Source: Deltaproteobacteria bacterium (GTDB lineage: Bacteria > Desulfobacterota > Deferrimicrobia > Deferrimicrobiales > Deferrimicrobiaceae). From it: a stretch of 64,000 nucleotides of DNA. The position numbers and the translations under genes were made by a program. Positions 56,426-64,000 of this stretch are shown here, piece by piece (position 1 is the first letter of the stretch; every line of letters starts with the position of its first letter). Below the pieces are notes generated by a model. It did not search any database, was not told the origin of the DNA, and saw nothing but the letters and a program-made list of their open reading frames with translations. The stretch lies in NCBI GenBank assembly GCA_016218975.1, contig JACRCO010000071.1, positions 83,288 to 147,287 of the forward strand, given 5' to 3'.

Positions 56426-58132
56426 TCAACCGCCGCGCGTCACCCGGAGCACTTCCTCGATCGTGGTGATCCCGCGCCGGGTTTTCTCCCAGCCGTCTTC
56501 CCTGAGAAGCGTCATCCCGCGCGCGACTGCGCGTTCCCGGATCGCTCCGGCGTCGGCACGGGCCAGGATCAGGTCCTTTATCTCCTCGTCGAAGGGTAGC
56601 AGCTCGAAGATCCCCATCCGTCCGCGATAGCCGGTGCCGCCGCAGGCGTCGCATCCCGCACCGATGCGCAGGTCGCCGTCGGGCGCGAATCCCGTCTCCC
56701 GCAGGACCTCCTCGCGGAACGCGGCCGAGATCGCTCTCGGCGATGAACACCGTTCGCAGATCGTCCGAACGAGCCGTTGGGCAAGCACCCCGACGAGCGA
56801 TGAAGGAAGCAGGTACTCCTCCACGCCCATCTCCAGCAGGCGCGTTACGGCGCCGGCTGCGTCATTCGTATGCAGGGTGGAAAGCACAAGATGCCCGGTG
56901 AGCGCGGAGTGGATGGCGATCTCGGCGGTCTCCCGGTCGCGGATCTCCCCCACCAGGATCACGTCGGGGTCCTGCCGGACGATGGACCGAAGGCCCGAGG
57001 CGAACGTCAGCCCGATCTGGGGCTTTACCTGGATCTGGTTCACGCCGGAGATCTGGTACTCGACCGGGTCCTCGATGGTGATGATCTTCCGCGCGGCGCT
57101 CTTGATCTCCTGCAGGGCGCCGTAAAGCGTCGTCGTCTTTCCGCTTCCCGTGGGACCGGTCACCAGGATCATCCCGTGCGGAACGCCCGCCATACGCCTG
57201 AAGCGTTCAAGCGTATCCTCCGGGAATCCCAGGCGGCCCAGGTTCAGCGGGACGGAGGACTGGTCCAGGATCCGGATTACGACGCTCTCGCCGAACAGTG
57301 TGGGGACTGTGGACACGCGGAAGTCGATCTCCTGCCCGCCGATACGGAGCTTCACCCGTCCGTCCTGCGGCAGGCGGCTCTCGGCGATGTTCAGCCGTGC
57401 CATGATCTTTATCCGCGACAGGATCGCCGTCTGGAGCCGCTTGGGCGGCGCCTCGACGTCTTCCAGCATCCCGTCGATGCGGTACCGGACTCGCAACGTT
57501 TTTTCGTACGGCTCAAGGTGGATATCGCTCGCTCCCCGCTCGATCCCCCGCGCGAGGATGAAGTTCACAAGGCGGATGATGGGTGCCTCGGAGGCTGCGC
57601 CGATCAGCCGCTCGACCCGCTCGTCGCCGCCGGCGCGCTCCTCTCCCTCCTCTCCCACCTGCTCGACCAGCCGCTCCATCGAAGAGGCGCTCTCTCCGCA
57701 CAATTTCTCGATCGCCTCGCGGATCTCCTCCTCCGTTCCGGCCTGGACCTCGACGCGGCGGCCCGTTGCCTTGGCGACCGCCTCCCGGGTGTCGACGTCC
57801 AGCGGGTCCGACATTGCCACGGTAAGCGTTCCGTCGGAGAGAGATACCGGGACGATCAGTTTCGCGCGAAGGAACGGCAGGGGCAGGAGGTCCGGCGGAA
57901 CCTGCCGCATCCCATCGACATCACGGAGGAAAGGAGGGATGCCGCAGATGGTTTCATAGGCGCGCCGAAGCGCCTCGGGGTTGAGGATTCCCCGGGCCAG
58001 GAGAGCTTTCGGGAAAGCGGCGCCCGCCGTCCGCGCAAGGTCGAGCAGCGTTTCCCGCTCCCCCTCCGGGACGGTAAGGGAGGAAACGAGCATTTCCTGG
58101 AAGGAACGTCGATTCATCCTTTTCACCGCCAC
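56426..58132 (-). CDS. gspE: T2SS ATPase
   Basis: 568 aa. Walker A GPTGSGKTTT, Asp/His boxes, and a tetracysteine motif (CERC...CDACGGTG). The start is ambiguous (GTG 58132 or ATG 58117). Confidence 0.9.
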   Translation of the reverse strand: MAVKRMNRRSFQEMLVSSLTVPEGERETLLDLARTAGAAFPKALLARGILNPEALRRAYETICGIPPFLRDVDGMRQVPPDLLPLPFLRAKLIVPVSLSDGTLTVAMSDPLDVDTREAVAKATGRRVEVQAGTEEEIREAIEKLCGESASSMERLVEQVGEEGEERAGGDERVERLIGAASEAPIIRLVNFILARGIERGASDIHLEPYEKTLRVRYRIDGMLEDVEAPPKRLQTAILSRIKIMARLNIAESRLPQDGRVKLRIGGQEIDFRVSTVPTLFGESVVIRILDQSSVPLNLGRLGFPEDTLERFRRMAGVPHGMILVTGPTGSGKTTTLYGALQEIKSAARKIITIEDPVEYQISGVNQIQVKPQIGLTFASGLRSIVRQDPDVILVGEIRDRETAEIAIHSALTGHLVLSTLHTNDAAGAVTRLLEMGVEEYLLPSSLVGVLAQRLVRTICERCSSPRAISAAFREEVLRETGFAPDGDLRIGAGCDACGGTGYRGRMGIFELLPFDEEIKDLILARADAGAIRERAVARGMTLLREDGWEKTRRGITTIEEVLRVTRGG

Positions 58133-58222
58133 GCATTTATCTTATCCCAATCCGTACCGCTTCTCCCCGGAAAACAGGGACCGTTTATACCTGACTCGTC
58201 GCTCCCGGCCATCCCTGGCAGC

Positions 58223-58257
58223 AAAACGGGGCGGGAAGCCAAGGCCCCCCGCCCCGT
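58223..58257 (-). terminator. Candidate intrinsic terminator after the beta-propeller lipoprotein gene
   Basis: Minus strand: ACGGGGCGGG, 12-nt loop, CCCGCCCCGT (10-bp perfect stem), followed by only TTTT. Confidence 0.45.
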
Positions 58258-58282
58258 CCTGTCCTGTCCGTGCCGATCCCGT

Positions 58283-59566
58283 TCAAGGAACGGGAATGAT
58301 GAACACGTCGAAGAAGCCTCCGGTGTCCCCCGATGCGATGGCGGGATCGTCGGTGCCGAAAGCCGCGACGAGGCCGTCACCGCTGATATCCGCCCCGGCG
58401 GACTGCATGGTGGCGGCAATGCCTGCAAGGAAGGTCGTCGTGCCCGCCGCGCGGTTGCGCACGAAATAGCCGGGCGAGCCCGTCCCGCCGAGGTTCGTCG
58501 CGTCGGATTCGAAGATGATACGGTTGCCGTCGTCGCTTATCGCCTTGTGCCCCAGGGCGAAGGAAGCCCCGTTCGATTGCGCGCCGCCCGTAGCCACGCT
58601 AACCCGCTCGGCCGTTCCCGTCAGCATGTCGTAAACGAAGACGTCGCTTACCGCATTGTTATCACCCGCCACCAGGTCCGTGGCGTCCGAATCGAACACT
58701 ACGAACCGGCCGTTTCCGCTGATCCCTGAGATCCGGCTGTCACCGTTGCCCGCGGTTATCGCCACGGCGGGCCCGGGGGAAGTCCAGACGAAGATCTGTC
58801 TCAGCGCACCGCCGGGAGGAGACTCGAAAGCCACCCGCGTCCCGTTATCGCTTACGCAGTGGCCGAAGAGGGCGCCGCCGGCCGCGCCGCTGATGCGTGT
58901 CGTCGTGCCGGCAGCCCTGTTATACAGAAACACGTCCGCGATCCCGTTGGTGTCCCCCGCCACGAGGTTCGTTGCCAGCGACTGGAACGCGACGAAGTTC
59001 CCGTCTCCGCTGATGGAAGGCTTGTTGCTGTCTCCGTCCGGCTGCGTGGGCAGACCCAAGGCGGCCACGCTGACGCGCGTCGTCGTGTTGAAGTCCCTGT
59101 CCTGGACGAAGATGTCGGATTTCAGGTTTGTGTCGACACCCGCCCCCACCAGGTTCTCCGCCCTCGATTCGAACGCGACGAAGCGACCGCTCGAACTGAT
59201 GGAGGGGAAGAAGCTCGAGTCGTCGGCGTTCGAGACCTTCAGGCTGAAGGTCCCGTTGATCCGGCTGGCGACCGTTATGTCCGCCGTCTGCCGGTCGTAG
59301 ACGAAGATGTCGTAACTCGAATTGTTGTCGTTCCCCGCGCCGGTAAGGTCGGAGGCAAGGGACGAGAATGCGACGAAGCGGCCGGTCTGGCTCATAGCGA
59401 TCCCGAGGTCGCCGCTGTTGTTGTTGCCGCCGACCCTGGTGACGCCGCTGAAGAAGGACGTCCCGCCGCCGCCCCCTCCTCCGCCGCCGCAGCCGGCCAG
59501 GCCGAGTGCGGAGATTACGACCGCCGCCAGAAACCAGCTCCATTTGCCAATGCTTTCTCGTCTCAT
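58283..59566 (-). CDS. Lipoprotein with PD40/TolB-like beta-propeller repeats
   Basis: Lipobox LAGC followed by a nine-Gly linker. About 7 repeats of S(I/L)SG(D/N)GRFVAF.S.A.(N/D)LV.GD.N...D(V/I)F(V/L).(D/N). Confidence 0.8.
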   Translation of the reverse strand: MRRESIGKWSWFLAAVVISALGLAGCGGGGGGGGGTSFFSGVTRVGGNNNSGDLGIAMSQTGRFVAFSSLASDLTGAGNDNNSSYDIFVYDRQTADITVASRINGTFSLKVSNADDSSFFPSISSSGRFVAFESRAENLVGAGVDTNLKSDIFVQDRDFNTTTRVSVAALGLPTQPDGDSNKPSISGDGNFVAFQSLATNLVAGDTNGIADVFLYNRAAGTTTRISGAAGGALFGHCVSDNGTRVAFESPPGGALRQIFVWTSPGPAVAITAGNGDSRISGISGNGRFVVFDSDATDLVAGDNNAVSDVFVYDMLTGTAERVSVATGGAQSNGASFALGHKAISDDGNRIIFESDATNLGGTGSPGYFVRNRAAGTTTFLAGIAATMQSAGADISGDGLVAAFGTDDPAIASGDTGGFFDVFIIPVP

Positions 59567-59582
59567 GGTTATCTCCTCTCCC

Positions 59583-60032
59583 TTACTGGACGGTCAGATT
59601 CTCGAACCGATGCTCTCCGATCACCACCGTAACCTTGTCCCCCGGGGAAACCTCGTACCCGGCGGCGTTGAACAATATGAAATAGGTGCGGCCCGTTTCC
59701 GGCCTCAGCGTGTTCTGCCGCAATCTGCCCACTCTCGTCTCCGGAACGTTCAGTTTCGCTCCCGTGGCATGGTGAACCAGGTAGGCGGGCGTACCGCGCA
59801 ACAGCAAGGGAGCCGCCTTCTCCGGGTCGATTACCCGATACCGGAAATCGAGCATCCGTCCCGCAACCGTCCTCCGCAGACTGACGGGTTCCACTCCCGA
59901 CCGGTCCTCTACACGGAGCGCCGGGGCTTCCTTCGCGGCGGCCGGTGGAGCTTTCGGCGCAGTCGCGCAACCCACGGCCAGGACGGCGGTTATCGCCGCT
60001 GCGGCGATGTGTATGCGATATTTCCATGACAT
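59583..60032 (-). CDS. Small lipoprotein of unknown function
   Basis: 149 aa with lipobox LAVGC, a P/A-rich linker, then a beta-rich domain. No family recognised. Confidence 0.55.
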   Translation of the reverse strand: MSWKYRIHIAAAAITAVLAVGCATAPKAPPAAAKEAPALRVEDRSGVEPVSLRRTVAGRMLDFRYRVIDPEKAAPLLLRGTPAYLVHHATGAKLNVPETRVGRLRQNTLRPETGRTYFILFNAAGYEVSPGDKVTVVIGEHRFENLTVQ

Positions 60033-60048
60033 CTCCAGTGTCCCCTCC

Positions 60049-61725
60049 TTACGGAAATGGAACCGGGGCCGTGGCGGACCCGCCTGCGCCCGTCACCGTC
60101 ACCGTGTCGGGCTTCGCCGGAAGCCGCATAACTTCCGCCTCGTAAAGGTCGAGCCCCGAGCGATAGACCAGCGGCACGGGTGCGGAGGCGCCAGGCCACG
60201 TGACGGTCATGCTGTCCGTGCCCGCGGCGGCGCCGGAGGTCGCCCGCACGATCAGGCGCTCTCCTCCGACGAAGTCGGTGCTGACGATCGCCAGAGGAGT
60301 GGTTGCGCCCACCACCGCCGATGTAACGGGAACAGGGGGCGACCAGTTCCCCTCGGAATCCTGGCTGCGGATCCAGATGGTGTTGTCGGCGGGGATCGCC
60401 GAGGTCGGGACGTACGCCGCAAGATCGCTTACCGCGGCAGTTCCGAACGTCCCCGTCATCGGGTTTCCATATCCCTCCCGAACGGTTTTATCCGAAATCC
60501 ACTCGGCCGCCACGACGTTGCTGTTGCCGGTGGCGCTGTCGTCCGCCGTCGCGGCGAGAACAACAGGGGATATACCCGAGGAAGGATCGAACGAAGCAGG
60601 CGCGGTGACCGGTCCCGTCACGTCGGCCCCCTGCACCCCCAGGAACGTGAGATAGCCGCCGGGATATGCCCCGTTATTGTTCACGTAGAGCCGCCGGTCG
60701 ACGACCGGGACTTTCTTCGCCGGGGCCGAAGGCACCAAAAGGACGTCCTTGGTCTTACCCGGGGGAAGGAATACGGTATGGTGCCTCCCCGGGTAGGGGA
60801 GAAGGTTTCCGTCCTCGCCGATGACCGATACATAGGTATTCATGAAAGACGGAGCGTGCGCATTCAGGTCCGCGTTCAGGAATCGGAGGAGGGTCCCGTT
60901 GCCGCCCGGAGGTCCGATCGGCAGCGGGTCATGATGATTGACAAGAGGATCCACCTGGTTTTGATACGGCTTCCCGTTGACAAGGAAATACTTCGGCTCG
61001 TATTCGAACGTGGTGGGGAGGACATCGGTGCCGTAAGTATTATCGACTACCGCGTTGTGAAGGAACGGGTCGATCGCGCTGTAGAGGAGCACGAGTTCGT
61101 TATCGAAAGTCGTGTTCGGGTTCGTGGCAGTCGGCGGATAAGCCTGCGCCGGATCCGCAGGGCGCACGATCAGTGCGCCGTAGATCCCCATCTGGACCTG
61201 GACGGAGGGGTCGGCGCCGCTTTGATAGAGGAACGTCCCCGATTTCGACAGCGTGAACCGGTAAGTACGCGTGCCGTTGTCGGCGGGCGTCATCTGCGTG
61301 AAGGAGACGACCCGCGGCGGCAGGGAGACGTTGTCCACGACCGGGGTGACGAAAACCGGCCCCTGCTGGGCAAGGGGCGTTCCCGGAGGGTTCTCCACGA
61401 CCGGCATTCCGAGTCCGGGGATGACCAGAGAAATCCCGTTCCCTGTCCCGATGACTGTGTTGTCGGAAGGCAACTCGTTGATCAGAGTGACAACCAGGTC
61501 GTCTCCCACGGTCCCGACGAGCGTGGGGCCGGGGAACCCGAGGACGTTGTCCGTGCCCGCATTGGCGATCTTCCAGACGGGGATGACCGCATTGTCCGGC
61601 ATTACGGCGTTATCCGCCGCCACCCGCAGGGTATAGGTCACCGAGGAAGCGACTCCCGCCGTGGCCGCAAGGAACGCCGCAGCCAGGAGGACCACCCCGA
61701 TTTTTCTGAGCGCATGAGTACGCAT
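60049..61725 (-). CDS. Ligand-less cupredoxin pair with a C-terminal Ig-like extension (protein C', paralog of C)
   Basis: 558 aa. GPTLVGTVGDDLVVTLINEL...GTFLYQSGADPSVQVQMGIYGALIVRP parallels protein C. No HxH or HCH motifs. Confidence 0.8.
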   Translation of the reverse strand: MRTHALRKIGVVLLAAAFLAATAGVASSVTYTLRVAADNAVMPDNAVIPVWKIANAGTDNVLGFPGPTLVGTVGDDLVVTLINELPSDNTVIGTGNGISLVIPGLGMPVVENPPGTPLAQQGPVFVTPVVDNVSLPPRVVSFTQMTPADNGTRTYRFTLSKSGTFLYQSGADPSVQVQMGIYGALIVRPADPAQAYPPTATNPNTTFDNELVLLYSAIDPFLHNAVVDNTYGTDVLPTTFEYEPKYFLVNGKPYQNQVDPLVNHHDPLPIGPPGGNGTLLRFLNADLNAHAPSFMNTYVSVIGEDGNLLPYPGRHHTVFLPPGKTKDVLLVPSAPAKKVPVVDRRLYVNNNGAYPGGYLTFLGVQGADVTGPVTAPASFDPSSGISPVVLAATADDSATGNSNVVAAEWISDKTVREGYGNPMTGTFGTAAVSDLAAYVPTSAIPADNTIWIRSQDSEGNWSPPVPVTSAVVGATTPLAIVSTDFVGGERLIVRATSGAAAGTDSMTVTWPGASAPVPLVYRSGLDLYEAEVMRLPAKPDTVTVTGAGGSATAPVPFP

Positions 61726-61743
61726 CGATTCGTCCTCCTCTTC

Positions 61744-63126
61744 CTACGGGATGTCCACCCCGGGGGGTATGATGACCATGAAGGTCATGATCCCGCCGGG
61801 GAAAACGTCGTTGTTGGTCATTTCCTTCTCGGAGTGCGAATGCCAGATCTGGAAGAAGGCGCCGTTCGTGTTGAATTTCCCGAACCCGGGCGGGAGTGCG
61901 CCCAACTGACCCAGGAACGGGCTGCCGCTGAAGAAATCTCCCGCCGAGAGGTCATCCTGTTCCGGTATCCCGACCGGAAACGGCTTGCCGTGGTCCGCAC
62001 ACCACTCGGAAGTGACCGGATCGAACCCTTGTGCGTTCGGCGCGCAGTCGTGCGCCGTCAAGGGATCGTTCGGGTCGCCGTAGACGTCCCAGCCCAGGGC
62101 CTTGCCCGTCCATTCGAATGTCGAGTCCGACGTCCGGCCCGGGACCGTCGTCACGGTAAAGGCCAACTCACCGAGATCGGCGCCCACGTTGGCGAAATCG
62201 GCGGGATCGCTGGTCAGGGGCATCGCGTCCCATGCGATGACGCGAGTATGGTTGGAATGCGGGTGGAAGGGGTGCTGGTCCCTTCCCATCGATATGAGGC
62301 GTATGAGAGACTTCTCGCCCGGGTGCATCATGGGCAGCGCATTATACGGCTGGTGGGGGAGATAGGACGCGCCCGCCGCCCCCATGGTATCGGGCGAGTT
62401 GCGCCCGTTGATGAACCAGTAGACGGGGAAGAATGTGGTCGTGTCGATTTCTTCCCCCCTCTCCACCTGGTTGTGGTACCGGTCGTCCATCTCGCTCAGG
62501 ATGAACAGGAACTCCCGGCCCGCGGTGTAAGCGGAAGAGGATTCGCCGTATGCCGTCGGGGCGGCGGGGTTGAAGACCGCCGGCCGGACGATGATCGCCC
62601 CGAAGAGCCCCATTTCTAACTGCTTGTCCATGTTCGTCCCGCTCTGGTAGTAGAAGGTCCCCGGCCTGCCTGCCACGAAGGTGTAGGTGACGGTGCTCTG
62701 TCCTCCCGGCGGCGCCTCCCAGGTGAAGATCCCGCGGATACCGTTGTTGTCCGAGGGCGTGGCGGTAACGCTGTCCATCCCGGGGAAGAGAAGCGAAACC
62801 GGATCGGGGAGCCAGTTCCTGAGCGTAACGGTGACGGTGTCCCCCTCATTGACGATCAGGGTGGGGCCGGGGTACTGGACCGAAACGGTCCCCGAGGGCG
62901 GGTTTCCGTCGGCGTAGCCCCAGAAGAACAGGTTGTTGCCGTCGCCGTTCTGTATGTAGTCGCTCGCGGCGACCAGTGAGAAGGAGGTCCCCGTCAATCC
63001 CGGGATCTCCGCTCCGGCCGGGACGGCGAAAAAGAGGGCCGAGGCAAGGACACAGAGAACCCCCATCCCGATTTTCCTGCTTGGCGTCCAGCGCATGGCG
63101 TTCCTCCCCGTGCCGAAGGTCTTCAT
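61744..63126 (-). CDS. Two-domain cupredoxin protein B' (paralog of B)
   Basis: 460 aa. HPFHPH (nt 62257-62274) and WHSH (nt 61834-61845). The N-domain is ligand-less (LLFPGM, FYYQSGT...EMGLFGAIIVRP). Confidence 0.85.
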   Translation of the reverse strand: MKTFGTGRNAMRWTPSRKIGMGVLCVLASALFFAVPAGAEIPGLTGTSFSLVAASDYIQNGDGNNLFFWGYADGNPPSGTVSVQYPGPTLIVNEGDTVTVTLRNWLPDPVSLLFPGMDSVTATPSDNNGIRGIFTWEAPPGGQSTVTYTFVAGRPGTFYYQSGTNMDKQLEMGLFGAIIVRPAVFNPAAPTAYGESSSAYTAGREFLFILSEMDDRYHNQVERGEEIDTTTFFPVYWFINGRNSPDTMGAAGASYLPHQPYNALPMMHPGEKSLIRLISMGRDQHPFHPHSNHTRVIAWDAMPLTSDPADFANVGADLGELAFTVTTVPGRTSDSTFEWTGKALGWDVYGDPNDPLTAHDCAPNAQGFDPVTSEWCADHGKPFPVGIPEQDDLSAGDFFSGSPFLGQLGALPPGFGKFNTNGAFFQIWHSHSEKEMTNNDVFPGGIMTFMVIIPPGVDIP

Positions 63127-64000
63127 GGAGCGGATATGCGGATCTCGGTCATCATTCCGCCGAACCGCTCCTCGAAATTGTTCAGGTGGCCAAGTTCACG
63201 TGCGTAGATGAAGTAGGTGCCCGGAGCGATGCCCGTCGTGTCCAGGATGGCGTCGGCCGTCTGCCCGCCTCCGAGGCTCACCGAGTTCGTCTGATAGAAC
63301 ATGTTCGTCCCCGTGGAACTCCGAAGGATCTTGGCGTCCTTGCCGACCACGGTCATCGGGATCCCCAGGACCTCGATGTTATGGAAAGACGTCGAAGAGA
63401 GGCTCGAGATCCGGAGAAGGACCTTCTGCCCGGCCGTCGCCTCGATCAGCGCGCTCATCCTCTGCGAAGGCTTTCCGTCCGGGTTGAACGGGTCCGGGTT
63501 CAGGGGAACTCCGTCCCTGTCGACGGGGGCGGGAATCGCATCCCTGCCAAGCGTCGTGTCCGGGTAACCGCGCCCGTTGAACATAGAGTAGGTGTCCTTC
63601 ATACTGGCGAACGGGAGCGGCTGTACGGCTATGTGTTTGTCGTGGAAGTTCTGGTCGAATCCAACGATCTGGAGCGGGTAATCGACGTCGTAGCACGTCG
63701 ATCCGTCGCCATCCGTGAAGACGTATTTCTGCGAAGCGCATCCCCCGACTGTGCTGCCGTCCTGCGCCGGGAGGACGTAGAGGTTTCCGAGCATCCCCAT
63801 CTGCATGTGCTCGGTCGCCTCCACGTGGCAGTGCCACATGTACGTGCCGGCGCTGTCGCCGTCAGGCGGACCCACCTGGTGATAGAAGTAGGTGAAGCTT
63901 GCCCCGGGAACGGCCACGGTCGATGCGTCCGGCACGCCGTCGAAGATCGGGGCCGCGTTCGGGAAGCCGTGGTAATGGACCGAATGGGGGTCGAACAGGT
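63123..64000 (-). CDS. Two-domain cupredoxin protein A' (paralog of A), 5' end beyond the window
   Basis: The reading frame continues to the window edge. FDPHSVHYHGFPNA (HSVHYH at nt 63969-63986) and TYMWHCHVEATEHMQMGM (HCH at nt 63825-63833). ATGA overlap with B'. Confidence 0.85.
   Translation of the reverse strand, partial: LFDPHSVHYHGFPNAAPIFDGVPDASTVAVPGASFTYFYHQVGPPDGDSAGTYMWHCHVEATEHMQMGMLGNLYVLPAQDGSTVGGCASQKYVFTDGDGSTCYDVDYPLQIVGFDQNFHDKHIAVQPLPFASMKDTYSMFNGRGYPDTTLGRDAIPAPVDRDGVPLNPDPFNPDGKPSQRMSALIEATAGQKVLLRISSLSSTSFHNIEVLGIPMTVVGKDAKILRSSTGTNMFYQTNSVSLGGGQTADAILDTTGIAPGTYFIYARELGHLNNFEERFGGMMTEIRISAP

Noticed and set aside
60007-62619. 870-aa plus-strand ORF spanning the C' and B' genes
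   Set aside because: It is antisense to two well-supported cupredoxin genes. The translation is Arg/Gly/Asp/Pro-rich with no recognisable motifs, as expected for open antisense frames in high-GC DNA.

Overview
High-GC, densely coding bacterial chromosomal window. I recognised no rRNA, tRNA, CRISPR array, transposase or integrase. It falls into four blocks. (1) 1-11 kb: a DoxX protein, a solute-binding protein plus hybrid Cache/HAMP/PAS histidine kinase, two small Cys-rich signalling-type proteins, and a livJHMGF-type amino-acid ABC importer. (2) 11-26 kb: one long minus-strand Mo-nitrogenase operon, nifH-nifD-nifK-nifEN(fused)-nifX-ferredoxin-nifB-MOT-type molybdate transporter-nifV, behind a textbook sigma-54 promoter. 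A membrane-anchored GcvH-like gene with its own sigma-54-like promoter follows it. Divergent from nifH is draT-draG-nifA, with overlapping stop/start codons. (3) 26-29.5 kb: a small accessory patch with vapBC, a secreted His/Tyr/Arg-rich peptide, chrA-padR, a hypothetical gene and a MITE-like palindromic element that also occurs at 583-768. (4) 29.5-64 kb is the unusual part. It starts with an NtrB/NtrC-like pair and a CheY-like receiver translationally coupled to a 1777-aa secreted beta-helix protein. Next come three cupredoxin (multicopper-oxidase-like) proteins A, B and C, a cadherin-like protein, a Big2-repeat c-type cytochrome behind a sigma-54 promoter, and an orphan TolC. The minus strand then carries a second, inverted paralogous triad A'-B'-C', two lipoproteins and an atypical type II secretion operon (gspE-F-H-I-J-K-L-M-C/N-D, no gspG or gspO). 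Main hypothesis: the copper-ligand motifs of a multicopper oxidase are split between proteins A and B, and identically between A' and B', which suggests a heteromeric oxidase exported by the adjacent T2SS. Other notable points are a minor pseudopilin whose leader peptide carries an in-frame 3 x 33-bp tandem expansion, a secretin with a Pro/Ala-rich repeat extension, and ligand-less cupredoxin proteins fused to adhesion-type domains. All functional calls rest on motif recognition by eye. No database search was run.
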